From positions 17,856,001 to 17,920,000 of the forward strand of contig OZ365113.1 of the NCBI GenBank assembly GCA_977030845.1: a stretch of 64,000 nucleotides of DNA, read 5' to 3'. Source of the stretch: Fimbriosthenelais zetlandica. Taxonomy: Eukaryota. Numbering within the stretch: the stretch's first letter is position 1; every line of letters begins with the position of its first letter. A program made the translations under genes and the position numbers. Of the stretch, positions 13,684 to 26,700 are shown piece after piece. Under the pieces are notes generated by a model. That model saw only the letters and a list, made by a program, of their open reading frames with translations. It did not search any database and had not been told where the DNA came from.

Positions 13684-13695
13684 GCCGCCATTTTG
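13684..13695. promoter_or_regulatory. YY1 consensus site GCCGCCATTTTG, candidate (possibly bidirectional) promoter
   Basis: Exact YY1-type 12-mer in a locally CpG-containing patch. It lies upstream of the candidate minus-strand transcript and of the plus-strand membrane-protein gene. Confidence 0.35.
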
Positions 13696-16600
13696 GTTCT
13701 GTACTTTTCTCTAATTTGTTCTAGTACGTATTTTACCTTGTCATCCGCATCCGAGTGTTACCACAGACAACCTAACAATGTTAACTAACATAATTATGTT
13801 AGAATACGACAGTACTGACCTATTATGATGGATATTTTGATGTTTTGGAGTGAATCAGTGGTCGGGCGTGTGTCATGTTTAGTTCCTGCGCTGCTCACGA
13901 TCACGTGGTGGCAGCACCGAACATTTTGATATAGATCGTAACTAAAATTGCACTTGTATGGTGATTGATAGGACAAAATTAATCATAGTAGGCGTATATT
14001 TTTGATGAGGTAGGTAGGCACATTTGATAATTTCACCCAAGACACTAAAGCAGCTTCAAAAATTGAAAAAAATACAGTTGCCTAAGTGTAAGAGACCGTG
14101 CCTCAAGAGTTAAGCCTGAAAAAGGCTACATGATGATGTGGAATTCCAGTATAGGCCTACTACATTCCACGGTCAGTATCACATTAAGGTGATAGGAGGA
14201 CCTGAAGGTGATAGGAGGACCTACTATTCGTATCTATTGCAGCTAAATATTTTCCTCAAATAGTTCTACTATAATAACCAATCCATTGCTAACGGTTGGT
14301 TGCAATGAAATAGGAGTGTACTTAAAATCTTATTATTTACCCCACTTCAACAAGAATAAATGCATTAGCAATCTTTGAAATCCTCTATCCCCAACACTGG
14401 ATGCATATGCAGAGTGTAAGCAAACAAGGTCTGTTCATTCCAGTCTTAATTGAGCAGTAATTAAACACCACAACCTCCAGTAGCTTTAATTAATCCCAGA
14501 ATTGCAATCCCTTCTAAAACACAAGCTGAGACTTTGATTGTATGAAATCAAGCCTGCAGCAGTTTGCGCTGTTCCTGTTTCCCCATGACGTAGTGCATGA
14601 TTAGTAAGGCAATCCCACCCTAGTTGAAGGAAGGACTCCTCTCTCTCAAACCTCTTTAAGCAGTTTTTGGACTGAGGACTGAGCATGGTTATTCGATAAA
14701 TTGAGCAGTACAATAGATGTGAGTAAATGATCTGATCCATTGGCATCAGATCGACTATAGAAGCTACTAAAGTACCATTAAAAATTAACCATATCGGCAT
14801 AACAAATTATAATACGTCAAAAGTAAGATGCAACAGGTTCCATTTATCCATCACATCAACTCCTTTTTAGGCCTCTATTATAAATTTTTCCTCCTCTTTC
14901 TTACTCTCTCTCAGTGAGAGGTTGGAGAGGTGTCTCGAAAATGATTAGGGGATCCCCTGAGGGTGTCCTGGCTAATTAAGAAACCCAGTTCACGTATTAG
15001 TTCCACTAGGCCCTTGACATATGGGGAGAAAAATAATGCATTGTCACACCCGGAGGTTGGAAAATTATGACAGGATACTGTGTCAAATCTGTCATGATCA
15101 GTTTCCCCAACCAATACAAGAACTAAAGATGATCTTAAAGATGTGCACCACACTATAGACAGCCCCAAAAAGCCATTGGATATTCAAGCACATTTGGCGA
15201 GATGGAGGGCGGCAGGATAGATGGTTGCACCCATGGGTGATAGGGAGAGAGGGTGGGAGCGAGGGACCTTTTACAGGATCAGTAGTGCTGTAGTATAGTA
15301 CTTGTACCAGCGGATAGATCTTTATAGCCTGGCATTGAAATACTGTGCATGGGCCAATCTGCTACTGGAAAATGGTTGTTATTAGGTTGCGGGCAGCGAC
15401 ACCCAATAAATAAATCGGACAGAAAAAGCTTGTGTGAGATGCAAGCTAACTAGACCTTAATTTGTGATTAATTTAGCAAATGGATGTTAACATAGTCCAT
15501 CAGAAATTAAACCCTGCAGGACCAACTGTCTTTTGCTAAGATTTGTTATTTTTATCGCCAGTTTTAATTAGGATAGCAAGAACAAGAGCCATAATGATGT
15601 CCGCTTGCGGGGGCGATATCGCACACTCGGAAGTGGCCAATCTCCATTGATTAGTCCATGATCAAGGTCGATGATGGATGGTTTAGCTTTTTTCTTTGTT
15701 AAAAGGATGTGAGTTTTAAAAGGATGTGTTCCAGCAGTTGATTACTTTGAGTACCATGTCTCTGGTAATGAATCTTGCCTTGGGAAGTATTAAAGGCGAT
15801 TTTTTAATTCCGAACATGATGTTTTATCATTTATATCACAAATCGAGGGGACACGAAAATTACTCACAATAGCCTATTGCTTATCAGAATTGCCTCCCTC
15901 TACTATTTCTTTCCCTAGATTCTTTGGTACTAACTGCACTTTAAGTTCTCTTCATATTTTAAAAATCATTAAGACAATAGGCCTAGATGCATATATGGGG
16001 TGTCATAGTACATGCGATCCAATTGCCATATACCCAGCTATATAGTGAGCAGATTACATTTGACAGCACTCTTATATGAATGCAGGCGATTCAGCTATGT
16101 CACACTATGACTGAGGATCACCTACATTTCAAGGCACTCTATGAGAATTATTCCCAGTATATAATATTATATGAAACTCATACTATCCTTTTGGACATGT
16201 AAGTAAATTGTCAATCTAGGTCAAACATCCATCATCATTAGCATCTTCTCTCTTTTCTTCCTTAGAAGACTATGATGTAAATTGTATAGCATACATAATC
16301 CCTAGTCCCTCAACTCCCTGAGGTATTCCTTGTCAACTCAATTTGCTATCAAATATTCCTGTGGCAAGCTGAGATTATTATCACCAGTCAGTATCCAGTA
16401 TACAGGCCTGCAATATAAGACAGTAAGACCATCAGGCAATGTCTGATTACATTGCTTCAAGCATGAATTTACTGTCGCATTAGATGCAGTGATAAGAGCC
16501 TTTCTTTATGGGAATTATACTGTCTGGCAAATAATGTTCAATAGAATTCAATAACGTTATCTTAAGGAAGGGAAACCTTTGTTGAGACATAATTAATAGG

Positions 16601-17232
16601 ACTATTAATTGAAACGGACACTATACAAATAAGGTTATGTAGACCTGTTAATTATAAGAATTTGTTTCTAACAAATGTGCAATGTCTTTAGAAACACCAT
16701 GAAAGGATAAAATAAGCCTTCTTTTTGGCATTACTCACACTTTCCCCTCCATTTCTAGCCTTGTCTAGATGAAGGTGAAATGAAGGTCGGGGAGGGGGTG
16801 AATTAGCCACGGCAAGATATATAGAACCAGATTAGACAATTACGAGAAAACCTCGAGCCACCTTGGATATCCTGGTACAATGGTTAAAAGACAATGCTTT
16901 TAGATGCAGACATCTCCAATAATAGAATCTAATACCATGTCTTGACCTTCTGTTCACTTCTTGCAGGATCTGGAGAATATACCCTCTGAAAACTGAAGCT
17001 GCCTTCAAAGGAAATCAAAGAAGCCAGATTCAGCCCAGTGTCACTGAACCCAATCATCAATATGTCATCAACACCCTTGGAATCGCCTGTTACGGACAGT
17101 GAAGAAGTCTACAGAATAACTACATTGATGCCCTGGTGATCTCACCTCCATTTTCCTCACTTCGATCCCTCACCCAGGCAATATTACCTTGTCAACCCAT
17201 CACCATGGATACATTCAAACTGAGATGATCAC

Positions 17233-17718
17233 ATGACAGGATGTACTCTGACCAGACACTTCCTTTGCGACATAGGTGACGTGCCGTGTAACACAGTGGA
17301 AAAGAGTACCATGCCACATCACATGCCCCAAGGAGCGGCAAATCACTCCGCCCCGGCGAATGATCCATTCGCAAACTCTTTACTGGCATCCTTGCAGTCA
17401 GTGCCCTCCCACCAGGGGGCTGCATGGACGTTAACGTCAGACACCCACTTCCGGATAGCAGTCCTTGTCTGTTCGAGTGTTCTTGCAGTTATGTTGGTGC
17501 TACGATTGTTATATCTAAGGAAAAGGGCCAAAGAGGGCCGTTTGTACCACAGACTTGATTCTGAAGTTGAAGGACAAAAAGACAGAGAATCCTTATTGCG
17601 AACACGATTGGATGGGTTTGAGGAGGAGGATTTTGAGACCCACATAGGGGGGTTGGATGTACCATTACTTCAAGAGGTTTGTATAGAAGTAAGTGATCAT
17701 ACATTTTATGTTTCCTGA
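17233..17718 (+). CDS. Small single-pass membrane protein of unknown family (161 aa, or 135 aa from ATG 17311)
   Basis: Open frame with one hydrophobic helix IAVLVCSSVLAVMLVLRLLYL, a basic stop-transfer RKRAK and an acidic tail. The exon starts at acceptor TTCACTTCTTGCAG|16967, with an in-frame stop just upstream of the ATG. accATG at 17311; AATAAA at 18409-18414. Confidence 0.7.
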   Translation: MTGCTLTRHFLCDIGDVPCNTVEKSTMPHHMPQGAANHSAPANDPFANSLLASLQSVPSHQGAAWTLTSDTHFRIAVLVCSSVLAVMLVLRLLYLRKRAKEGRLYHRLDSEVEGQKDRESLLRTRLDGFEEEDFETHIGGLDVPLLQEVCIEVSDHTFYVS

Positions 17719-20700
17719 TTCAAACCCTAATCTCAAAGTGACCTTGCAAGCCATCAAAATTTGCGATTTCTCATTGACTTGGCCTACATTCATGATTTCC
17801 TGACTATAATTATCCACTGTCTCTATAGGGCTTTTAACATGCAATAAGGATATCTGGAGGTCAGCTTAGTGAGACACCCAAATAATCATTGCATTCATCA
17901 TGCAAATATTCAACACTCTAACCAACCTGCCTTGACTCCAATTACCTCCCAATGATCATTATTCCCACTATATATGTGACCTGTACTTCACCTTTCAGCA
18001 AATCAACGAGATGGAACCTCGACCGCAATTCCTACTCCGGAAACCCATGCAAATAACTCGGATCTAGTCATGGAACGCCAACGGAATGAAATGAAGACAC
18101 CATTACTTAACACATGGTATCACTTATGTCAATGATCATTAACTTTTTACTTGATAAGATTCATTTACATTCTGTGTTTGGACATATCAGTGGAAAGAAT
18201 GGTAAAGTGAGTGGTAAGCCTGTGACAATGTACCATATATTAAATATTGGGTCATAATTATATTGTTCTCGGTCATTGCATGACTAAAATGTATAATGGG
18301 TTTCTTGGGGGGCTCTTTGTATGTCCATGTCTGTATAGATTTCTTATATAATCGCCACCCAACTCTGTACATAATATAAATGAGGTTGCTATTTTATAAA
18401 TATTTATTAATAAAATATTTTCATCAACGTATTTTTGAATTTATATTATGCTAGAGTAATAAGAGGGAGTATACTCATCTTTTTTAAATAAATATTTGGT
18501 AAGATATTATATATATCAAATGATAAACTATGAGACCTGTTTGTCGATAAAGGAAGTAAGGTGCTCCAAGCTCAGCACTCAGACCAATTCTATTGATTAG
18601 ATAATCAATGTATATTGCGACATCTGTGGTCAAGCATGTATTGACAAAGACGTGTGTAATGCAATATCTGAGAACGCTGATCAGATAAACATAATCATAC
18701 AGGAGTAAGACACCAAACCAAGCTGCAACAGTTGTACAGCAAACAAGGAAACAAGTCTCTCTTCAGGATATGATTTTGTATACAGTAATGAAACGAACAT
18801 GTATAGAAAAAAGGTCATCCTGCTCGAAAGACAACAATAACTGGCAGTTCTATTTCCCTCCCTAAGTGAAAAACACGTGAAATGACAAGGAAAGGCCACC
18901 ACTATATGTGCCTTCAGATATTAGTTTGCGCTGTAGATAATATAAGCATAACTTATGTCACTTCCCCACTGATATCTAGCCCAGTCAAACGATAGGAAGC
19001 AACATTAACTTGCTTTCTACGTACGTCAAAGATTCTACAAATACTATCTATAATTATAAGTACCGTATGCATATTGCTTTCCATTCCAACTTGCATTTCA
19101 TTGATAGGAGAAAATAGAAAGCATTAAGCACTGCCAATACTTATCCATAAATCTACCAGAGATGCTAAAATCTATCTGATAAGAAACTTTTGGCCCTGCA
19201 GTAAGGAGGAAACCAGTGCTTGAGGAATCTCCTTAAGTGAAGCATTAAGAAACCTAAGACCTCCTTAATCCCTGAGCCAATGCTGAGACGCAGTCGAGGG
19301 CCAAGGCCATGGTTTCAGTGTAGTCTTAATAGCTAGAGGCTAATGCTCCATATCTCAGGACTATGAAGGGCTGGGAAGAAACTTTCATTTGTTAAATCAG
19401 CTTGCTAAGTATGGAACCACTCAAGGGTAAGCCCCTACATGGATTTATTATCAAGGGGATGTAGGCTAATGTATGTACATACTTATTCATGTACATACGT
19501 TAATGGATGCCTTGAGCCTGGCTACTATATGTCCAATATGTTGAGGTTGGACACTGTTTAGAGTCTTATATACATGCATTTATCATTGCATGTATATCCA
19601 GAGGCCGCTTTAAAAGAGGCATTATCAGATAAGCACCTCGAGGATGTTCCTCGAGACTCTAACAGTGTTAGGTATACGTTTCTCAGGGCACCTGCTTAAA
19701 AGGGGCAGGTCGAAGATAGCTCAAGCTCCATTTGAAAAAAGATGAGCAATTCGTTTCTTCCACCTGTCCCACATTAAGAAGATGGAATGGTGCGACAACA
19801 TACTCATGGATCATTGAGGGATCAAGCAGCCTGTTTCAAAAGGAGTATGAGCCATAGATTAAGCATTGCAAATATTCCTTTTGAAACAGGGCAGATGGCA
19901 GAAATGTATAAGGAACGAACTATAAGGACTTTTATGGGGTTTAAAAATATTGGAAGTCTTTTAATGACTCATGAGAACCGTGTCCTGGAACAGATCTATT
20001 GAGGGGCAGCATATTAGGAATAGTCTAGCTGTCTCCAGAACACAGGACTGCATGTAATCTGCACACGCACAAAAATACTGGAAGAACCTCCGGCAGGTAT
20101 AAGACGGTTCCTTATCTTTGCTCGACCAGCTGTGGGTTTGTGTGCCAATCACTGAAATGTTTCCAGATGGAAGGAAGTGATTAGCTCCAAACAATATAAC
20201 GCCAATGAAGATAAGCTATCTCTCTTATTCCCTTCTTCACTACAATCTCTCCCTAGCATCACACACCTCTCTCTTCCTCCTGTCTCCATCCCATTGCCAC
20301 CTTTGTAGGGTATGGAATAGACACACAAAAAATAGGAACGCCAGTCGATAATTCAGTCAATGAGCTATATAGGAGGCAATAAATCAAATGGCGAATATTC
20401 TATGTAAGCTATAACAAGATGTGAAATAAAGTACGACAGAAACATGGTTTACAAGAGCTTGTTCAGCACCTTATCACCTGTCAAGGTTGTCCTTTTCCTG
20501 GCCACGTTCCTGCCTGTTCCCCAGCCACTGTTGAGGGAAGAACACAAGAAACAGCCAGCACGTGAGGGTCCATGATTTAGTCAATTTAAAAAGCTGCAGC
20601 TTTTCCAACAGAAGACAAAACCAACCACATCAGTCAATGCCTCAGTATTCAGTGTAGTTAAAAGGTAATTAAAGAAATTTGCTCTCATTTTAGGCTCACG

Positions 20701-23700
20701 TACACTCCTTTATTCAGTGCTCGGGTTTAAACCATTGGCTGTGATTTCCCTGAATTTCTAAAAAGGTACTCTAACCCCAATACTGATTTTGAGAGCTATT
20801 TTTAGGAACCATTTTAGATCCGAAAAAATAAATTCACGGTTTTTTGCAGGGTGTCACTTGACTCCTTTATTAGATGCTCACAAATTGCTATCAGTATTAA
20901 AATCCTTATTGAAATCACGCCACATTTGGAAGGTCAAACCTCTGATGAACTTTATTCCTATCAGAACATCCGATTGTCTGTTGCACGGCACCTGAACGTA
21001 CAAATATGCATTTTCAGCTTGCCATAAGCCTAGATCCGAACTGTTACCCAGGTCCTACTTCAAAAGAATTATGTGTTAGTGTAGGCCATAAAAGTTCCAT
21101 TGCCTAATATCGTATCTTTCTTATCAAGCAGGCTCCCAGCACCCAGTAATATGACACTCATCATTCTGAGGGACAAGATCACATACTCCTTTACCCTCTG
21201 TACCTCCATGTTTTTCCTTTCCCTGTTTGAAATGTCACAGACAGTTTCGTGAAGGAATGTGTCTATACTTTGGACGGGTTTCTTTAATTAGAATCAATAC
21301 CATCCCTGTCCTTTTCTGAAGCAGTTGCAAGATATTCAGAAAAAAAGATTTAAAATGAAACATCAAAGCGCCGTTCATGACAATCTGGGATAATTGGCAC
21401 ACCGATAAAGGGAGGAACGTCCACAGAAGAGATCCTTTTAGTGAGGCTCCTTTTAAATCTTCCTTCTTACATGCAATCTGCTTTGAGAACATTCTGTGCC
21501 ACAAAATCGAAAGCAAATCTTTTAGTGCATAACGACATCGTTTTGTCCTACAAAAGAAGTGGATTGGCTTTGGGGGACTGAATGTATAATCCCAAATACA
21601 TCAAATGGTAAGTAATTATTGTGTTATACCTTTAAAGGGCAGAGTAGTGTGCCCTACTCTAAGTATTTTGTTTTCAGGTGTATTCACATTTTGGCATATT
21701 ACTAGATAAATCATAGGCTGAAAACATTAGATTGTCATCGACTTTCTAAAAAGAAATCCCAATAATGATGATGATGCATATATGTAAAATAGGCCTTTCT
21801 CGCCGTCCTTTCCTGAGCTCTTTTCCCTCCTCTTACATTCTAAGCACTCATTAGCTGCCATTTTAGATGTCATTGCCTCAGACTCCAGACTGGCGAGGAG
21901 ACAATTTGGAGCCCGTTGCTCAGTCCCTTCTCTATCATTAGGGAGTGAGCCTTAAAGAGGGCTTTCTTAGATGAAGAACACTAGTCAGGTTCATCTGCTG
22001 GTATGGTTCTCATGCCACTTAATATGTGGGGCACTTACTAGAATTCTGGGGCCCATTATCAGATGACATAACAAACTTGGATATGCAGTATTACCCACCC
22101 TCCAACGAGAAGAAAATTGTAAAAGATCCTTGCATTTTTGGAGATCAACATGCCAAAATTTGTAGGATAAAATGAATACCCCAAGCTGCTGCGGTGAAAG
22201 AGTATCCTCGACCTAAAACAGGCGACATGAGGATAAGTGCAGCAATCAATGGAGGTGAAGAGTAAGAACCGTGTATTATGATTACATAGAGGATGAACCA
22301 TACGGAGGGAATTTCTCCTGCATGGTTAATGTGAGAAAACAGCATATATCCTCTGTACAGACTGCCGGGTTTGTTTTATATCATGCTATACACTGCCTCA
22401 TACATCATGTACGATAAGGCATTATATCTCTCTACATTTTAGAGAGTCTGTATGGATCGAGCAATGCTGTTATGCTCAATAATCAAAACTATGAGTTTGG
22501 CCCAATAATTTTGTGTACTCCATATGCATGAAAAGCATACTTATCAACTCTGATACCCATTTGTCCAAACGATAATATTTATCAAAATTCATAATGATCG
22601 TTATATCAGTTAATGACATTCAATTTATCTTCGGCCACAAATCAATGCTTTTCGATCAAATGATTTTCGATCAAATGAAAATCGCGATAAAAATCATTCA
22701 TAAAAAGTTGATGACTAAGAATTATAACATTGGCAGCTGGTATCGACAAAATGTCAAATCCTAAGCTGCAATGTAATGTTTGTGTTTAGTCCCACAATGC
22801 AGTTCTTTCTTTGTTCCAACTGAAACGGTCAGCTAATGCATCTTCTGTCTGCCATGTGGTAACAGGATAGCTTAGAAATTCCGTTCTCAGGCTGTGTGCC
22901 ATTACACAATGGCATCAGATTCTTTTGTCAGATTTAAGGCGAGTTTAAGGGTTATACGGAGCCAAGTTTAACGACTGCCTTCACCCTTCATCCCCCATCC
23001 CCACACCTTGAATGTGGGATACTGAAAGTGTAATAAATACTGAACAGGTACCTTTTTTAAGTGGCAACGGGTGATAATTATGTTTTGCCAATTTAATGAA
23101 AGAAACTTGTCGAGTAATCTCGGTGTGCTATATTCCTACGTTGTATTTCTTTCCGTCCCATAATAATGAAATATCAGCAAGTTATCTTTACAATCTACCA
23201 TAAATAATAAGTCGGTAGATGTACCGTATAGGAACTGAGATATTATGACAACATTCTCGTTTCCCAACGCCCCCATTCTTGCTTGACAATTAATTGGTTT
23301 CCACAGTCTATTAGATTGGTGATGAGATGTAATGCTGGGAGAGGAGAAATTGCCAGATCCCAGCTGCGCCAGATATAGTGATCATGATGAGAATTCCCAT
23401 CAGCCTATGGAAACTTAGGAAGGCCCTGGTTATTAGGTAGAAACTTTAAAATGTAGGTGGAACACTATAGGGGGTTATATTTAGGTTTCTTACAGACCTA
23501 CTTAATTACCCTCAGCTATAGGATATAATATTAGAGACAGCCACAGAACCACAAAACCACTGAGTTTTCTAATATCAACAAATTCAATCAAATACAAAAT
23601 TCATATTCCTTTATTTGGACAGTCATTGCATGGTTTCCAATGCCAATGCTTAACTTGTTCCAGCTAAGCCTCTACAAAGAAGCATTGCCAATGTGATTTG

Positions 23701-26700
23701 AAATTGAATATTGTTTGCCAAATACTGTTATCCATGTCCACATCCGGCTATTGCACACAGTGAGAATGCTCATAGCCTCTTTGCCGCGTCATGACATGAC
23801 AGTTTTTCAAATGACAAATACATCAACAAGATGTCAGATTAAATTATAGAGCCTGTCTAGCACGACACACAACCACCATTTGTTCTTCCTGAGTGGCAGA
23901 AACTCTATAAGATTATGCCACTGATATTTTCATTCATATTCATAGGACGTCGGATCATAAATAAATCTATAATACTGGCCGAAAACGAGGGTCCTTAATT
24001 AGATGGGAGGGGTGTTTAAAGAATAGTATTTTCAGTATCAGATGGCATGTTACAATAATTATACTGACCATTCTGTGTGAATACCACAGGCTATTTTTAA
24101 CTGCATGGGGTGTCAGTAATTTCTTCTCTAGTGAAAATGTGGATGTGTTATTGGCTTGCAGCCATGCCCCTAAAATAATTATTGACTAAGCCCTAAAAAT
24201 GATGGATGATATTTGAGATGTGGCCGTCTGATGACCCTCATTACACCTGGACATGTGTTGCGACATGGGCAGCAGGGCTTTAACACACGCCTATACGGAT
24301 TCTGGTGTTTCGGAGGCATTACTCTTCTACAAAGTTGTCTTTGGTCTGTTATATTCTTCATCACCCAGCGTCGAGATGAATTTATAGCTCAAAGGGCTGT
24401 GAACAAGATAAATTTTCTTACTGTAGTCCTATATGGATTACCCGAAAGAGAAAATGGCCACTTTATTTCCCAAAAGAGGTTATAAATATTGTCTGATGGC
24501 AATATAGTGTCAAACATTCACACAGGATCTGTGTTGTTGCATTTTTTGTCATTTGCAGAGCAATTTAACATTACAAGGCAAAAAGAAATGGGGAACTCCC
24601 CAACATCGCTTCTAAAGATCAGATGATGTTAGGGCAGGAAGAAATATCTCAGAGGAATATTCGAGCCCAATATTGATAAGCGAGGGCAGATCTCGAAATC
24701 TCATTTTAAATTCTGTGAAATACGCCTCACACAAAAGTCAGTTTAGTGCATTGTCCCAGAAGAGGCATTTCAGAGAACTTCAAAAATCCAGTGCACTAAC
24801 TGGTAACCATTTCATATCGATTGGGCAATTCAAAATGTTGCCTCGGTAACTGAATCTTTTGTCATGCTGCCGACATCGATCTCTGCAATAATTATGGTAT
24901 TACGATGCTAGCATGTCATGAAAAATAATTTACAGGTCCATACTTTAGACAATAAAAAGTAAAACCCTCGAGATTTTCAACTGCTCTTGCAAACGTCTCT
25001 GGTAGAACTCGTCGAAATGTTCACTAACAGTTTAATTTCAATTGAAAAGTTACTTGGGAGGCTTAGGTTTTACTGATCATTGACTGATTTGTGACAAACA
25101 TGCCATCAACTAATCAATTTATAATTGATTGGTGTCTAGGCAATGGAACAAAACCATGCAGTAGAAAGCTTTATTTGGTATTTACCACATTAGAGTCGCT
25201 ACTCCACAGCTTGGTGGCTTTTAATCATTTCTCAGGAATAATCTATACTTTATTTAATATTTATCAAGGATTTCTAGGTATAATTATAACATAAATGTAT
25301 GCAAGGAAGAAAATTAGGGTGAGAGCAATATGAGATCACAAATATAAAGCATTCTGTACTAGACCTCATGATCATTATCTTTCATAAGATTTCTGATAAT
25401 TATTTTGTCCATGCTTACAGGATAAGTCTTCCACTGCACATTTCTAAACAATTCACACATGAAATCGCGATGGGAAGAAGGCTGGGCAGCTGATAGCTGG
25501 GAAACTGGCGCAAGGAAGGCTGTCCATTCAAATTAGAACCAGCGTCATCACATACTGAGTGAAACCCTGGGCGATAATTGAGCATTTGACGTCGTTACCT
25601 CAGGCTGATTTCAATACAAACAAGTACTGACAGTCTCCTCTGATTGGGGAAAAGAGCAAACATGAGAGAAAATAATACCCGATACACATTTATTTATACC
25701 TGTTTTTTGCATAATTCTTAAAGGTGTTCTATTAAGGTACATTTAAGGACCTTTATTCATAGTGGGTGTCCTAATGGGACATTGCGTGGAGTCATGTTTG
25801 AATTCGAGTTGACCAAAACAGAAATTGAGAGCAAAGAAGCAGTACACATCTAGTGTAAAGCTGGGACTAAAGTTTAATACCAGCAGCAAGAAAGAACAAG
25901 AGCACAATGCAGTTAATTATGTTAGACTGTCAATTCATGCATCAGTGTCATTGACAAAGATGGAGGGAGGGATTCTAATAAAGCTCATAGGCTCAATGAT
26001 TTTCTTCCTACTCCTTCAGCGAAATAATGGAGATGGCAAGAGAAGTGATTGATTTTAATTTTTGAAGTGGATCCAGTTTCATTTCAATTAAGGCAGACGG
26101 GAAGTTCATTAATTTCATCGCTATTTTTAGACTAGGTGGGATTGGATATTTACATGGCACAATTCATACCTCAGGATATAATACCGGATTTTACCAACAG
26201 AAAGTAATTCAGATTTCAACAATTTCACTTGAGAGATAAATCCTCACCTAATGAATTGAACAACACGTTTTGCATTACCATCATATGTATATATATATGT
26301 AGAATCGGTTTATGGAAGGCTCAGAATTTATTATTTGATGTCGTACAAACAAACCAAAAACATAAGCAGGTTATTTAATATTTAATGAATTATGACTAAT
26401 AAAAAAAGGTGAAGGCAATCATTTCACAGTTTCCTTCTGACATGCAAAACATAGGATGTTTAAAACCGACCTAGTCATAAAAGCTTATTGGAACTGCCTA
26501 TACCCTATGATGACAGGAAAATAGTTCCCTCGGGCTTCGGGTGCTGGTCAGCAGAAAAAAACACGTGAATATCACCAGTCCTTTGCGCCTCGGGCATAAT
26601 AATAGTCCCAATTCTTTGTGGCCTTAAAGCATGGAATGCCCATCCATTTAGACGGGGGCAAACCCTTTTATCCCGAAAGGGGATTTCTATGGAGTGCCAT

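Noticed and set aside
21027-21046. Partial match to miR-100 (TAGATCCGAACT)
   Set aside because: The seed region differs and no precursor hairpin is evident.
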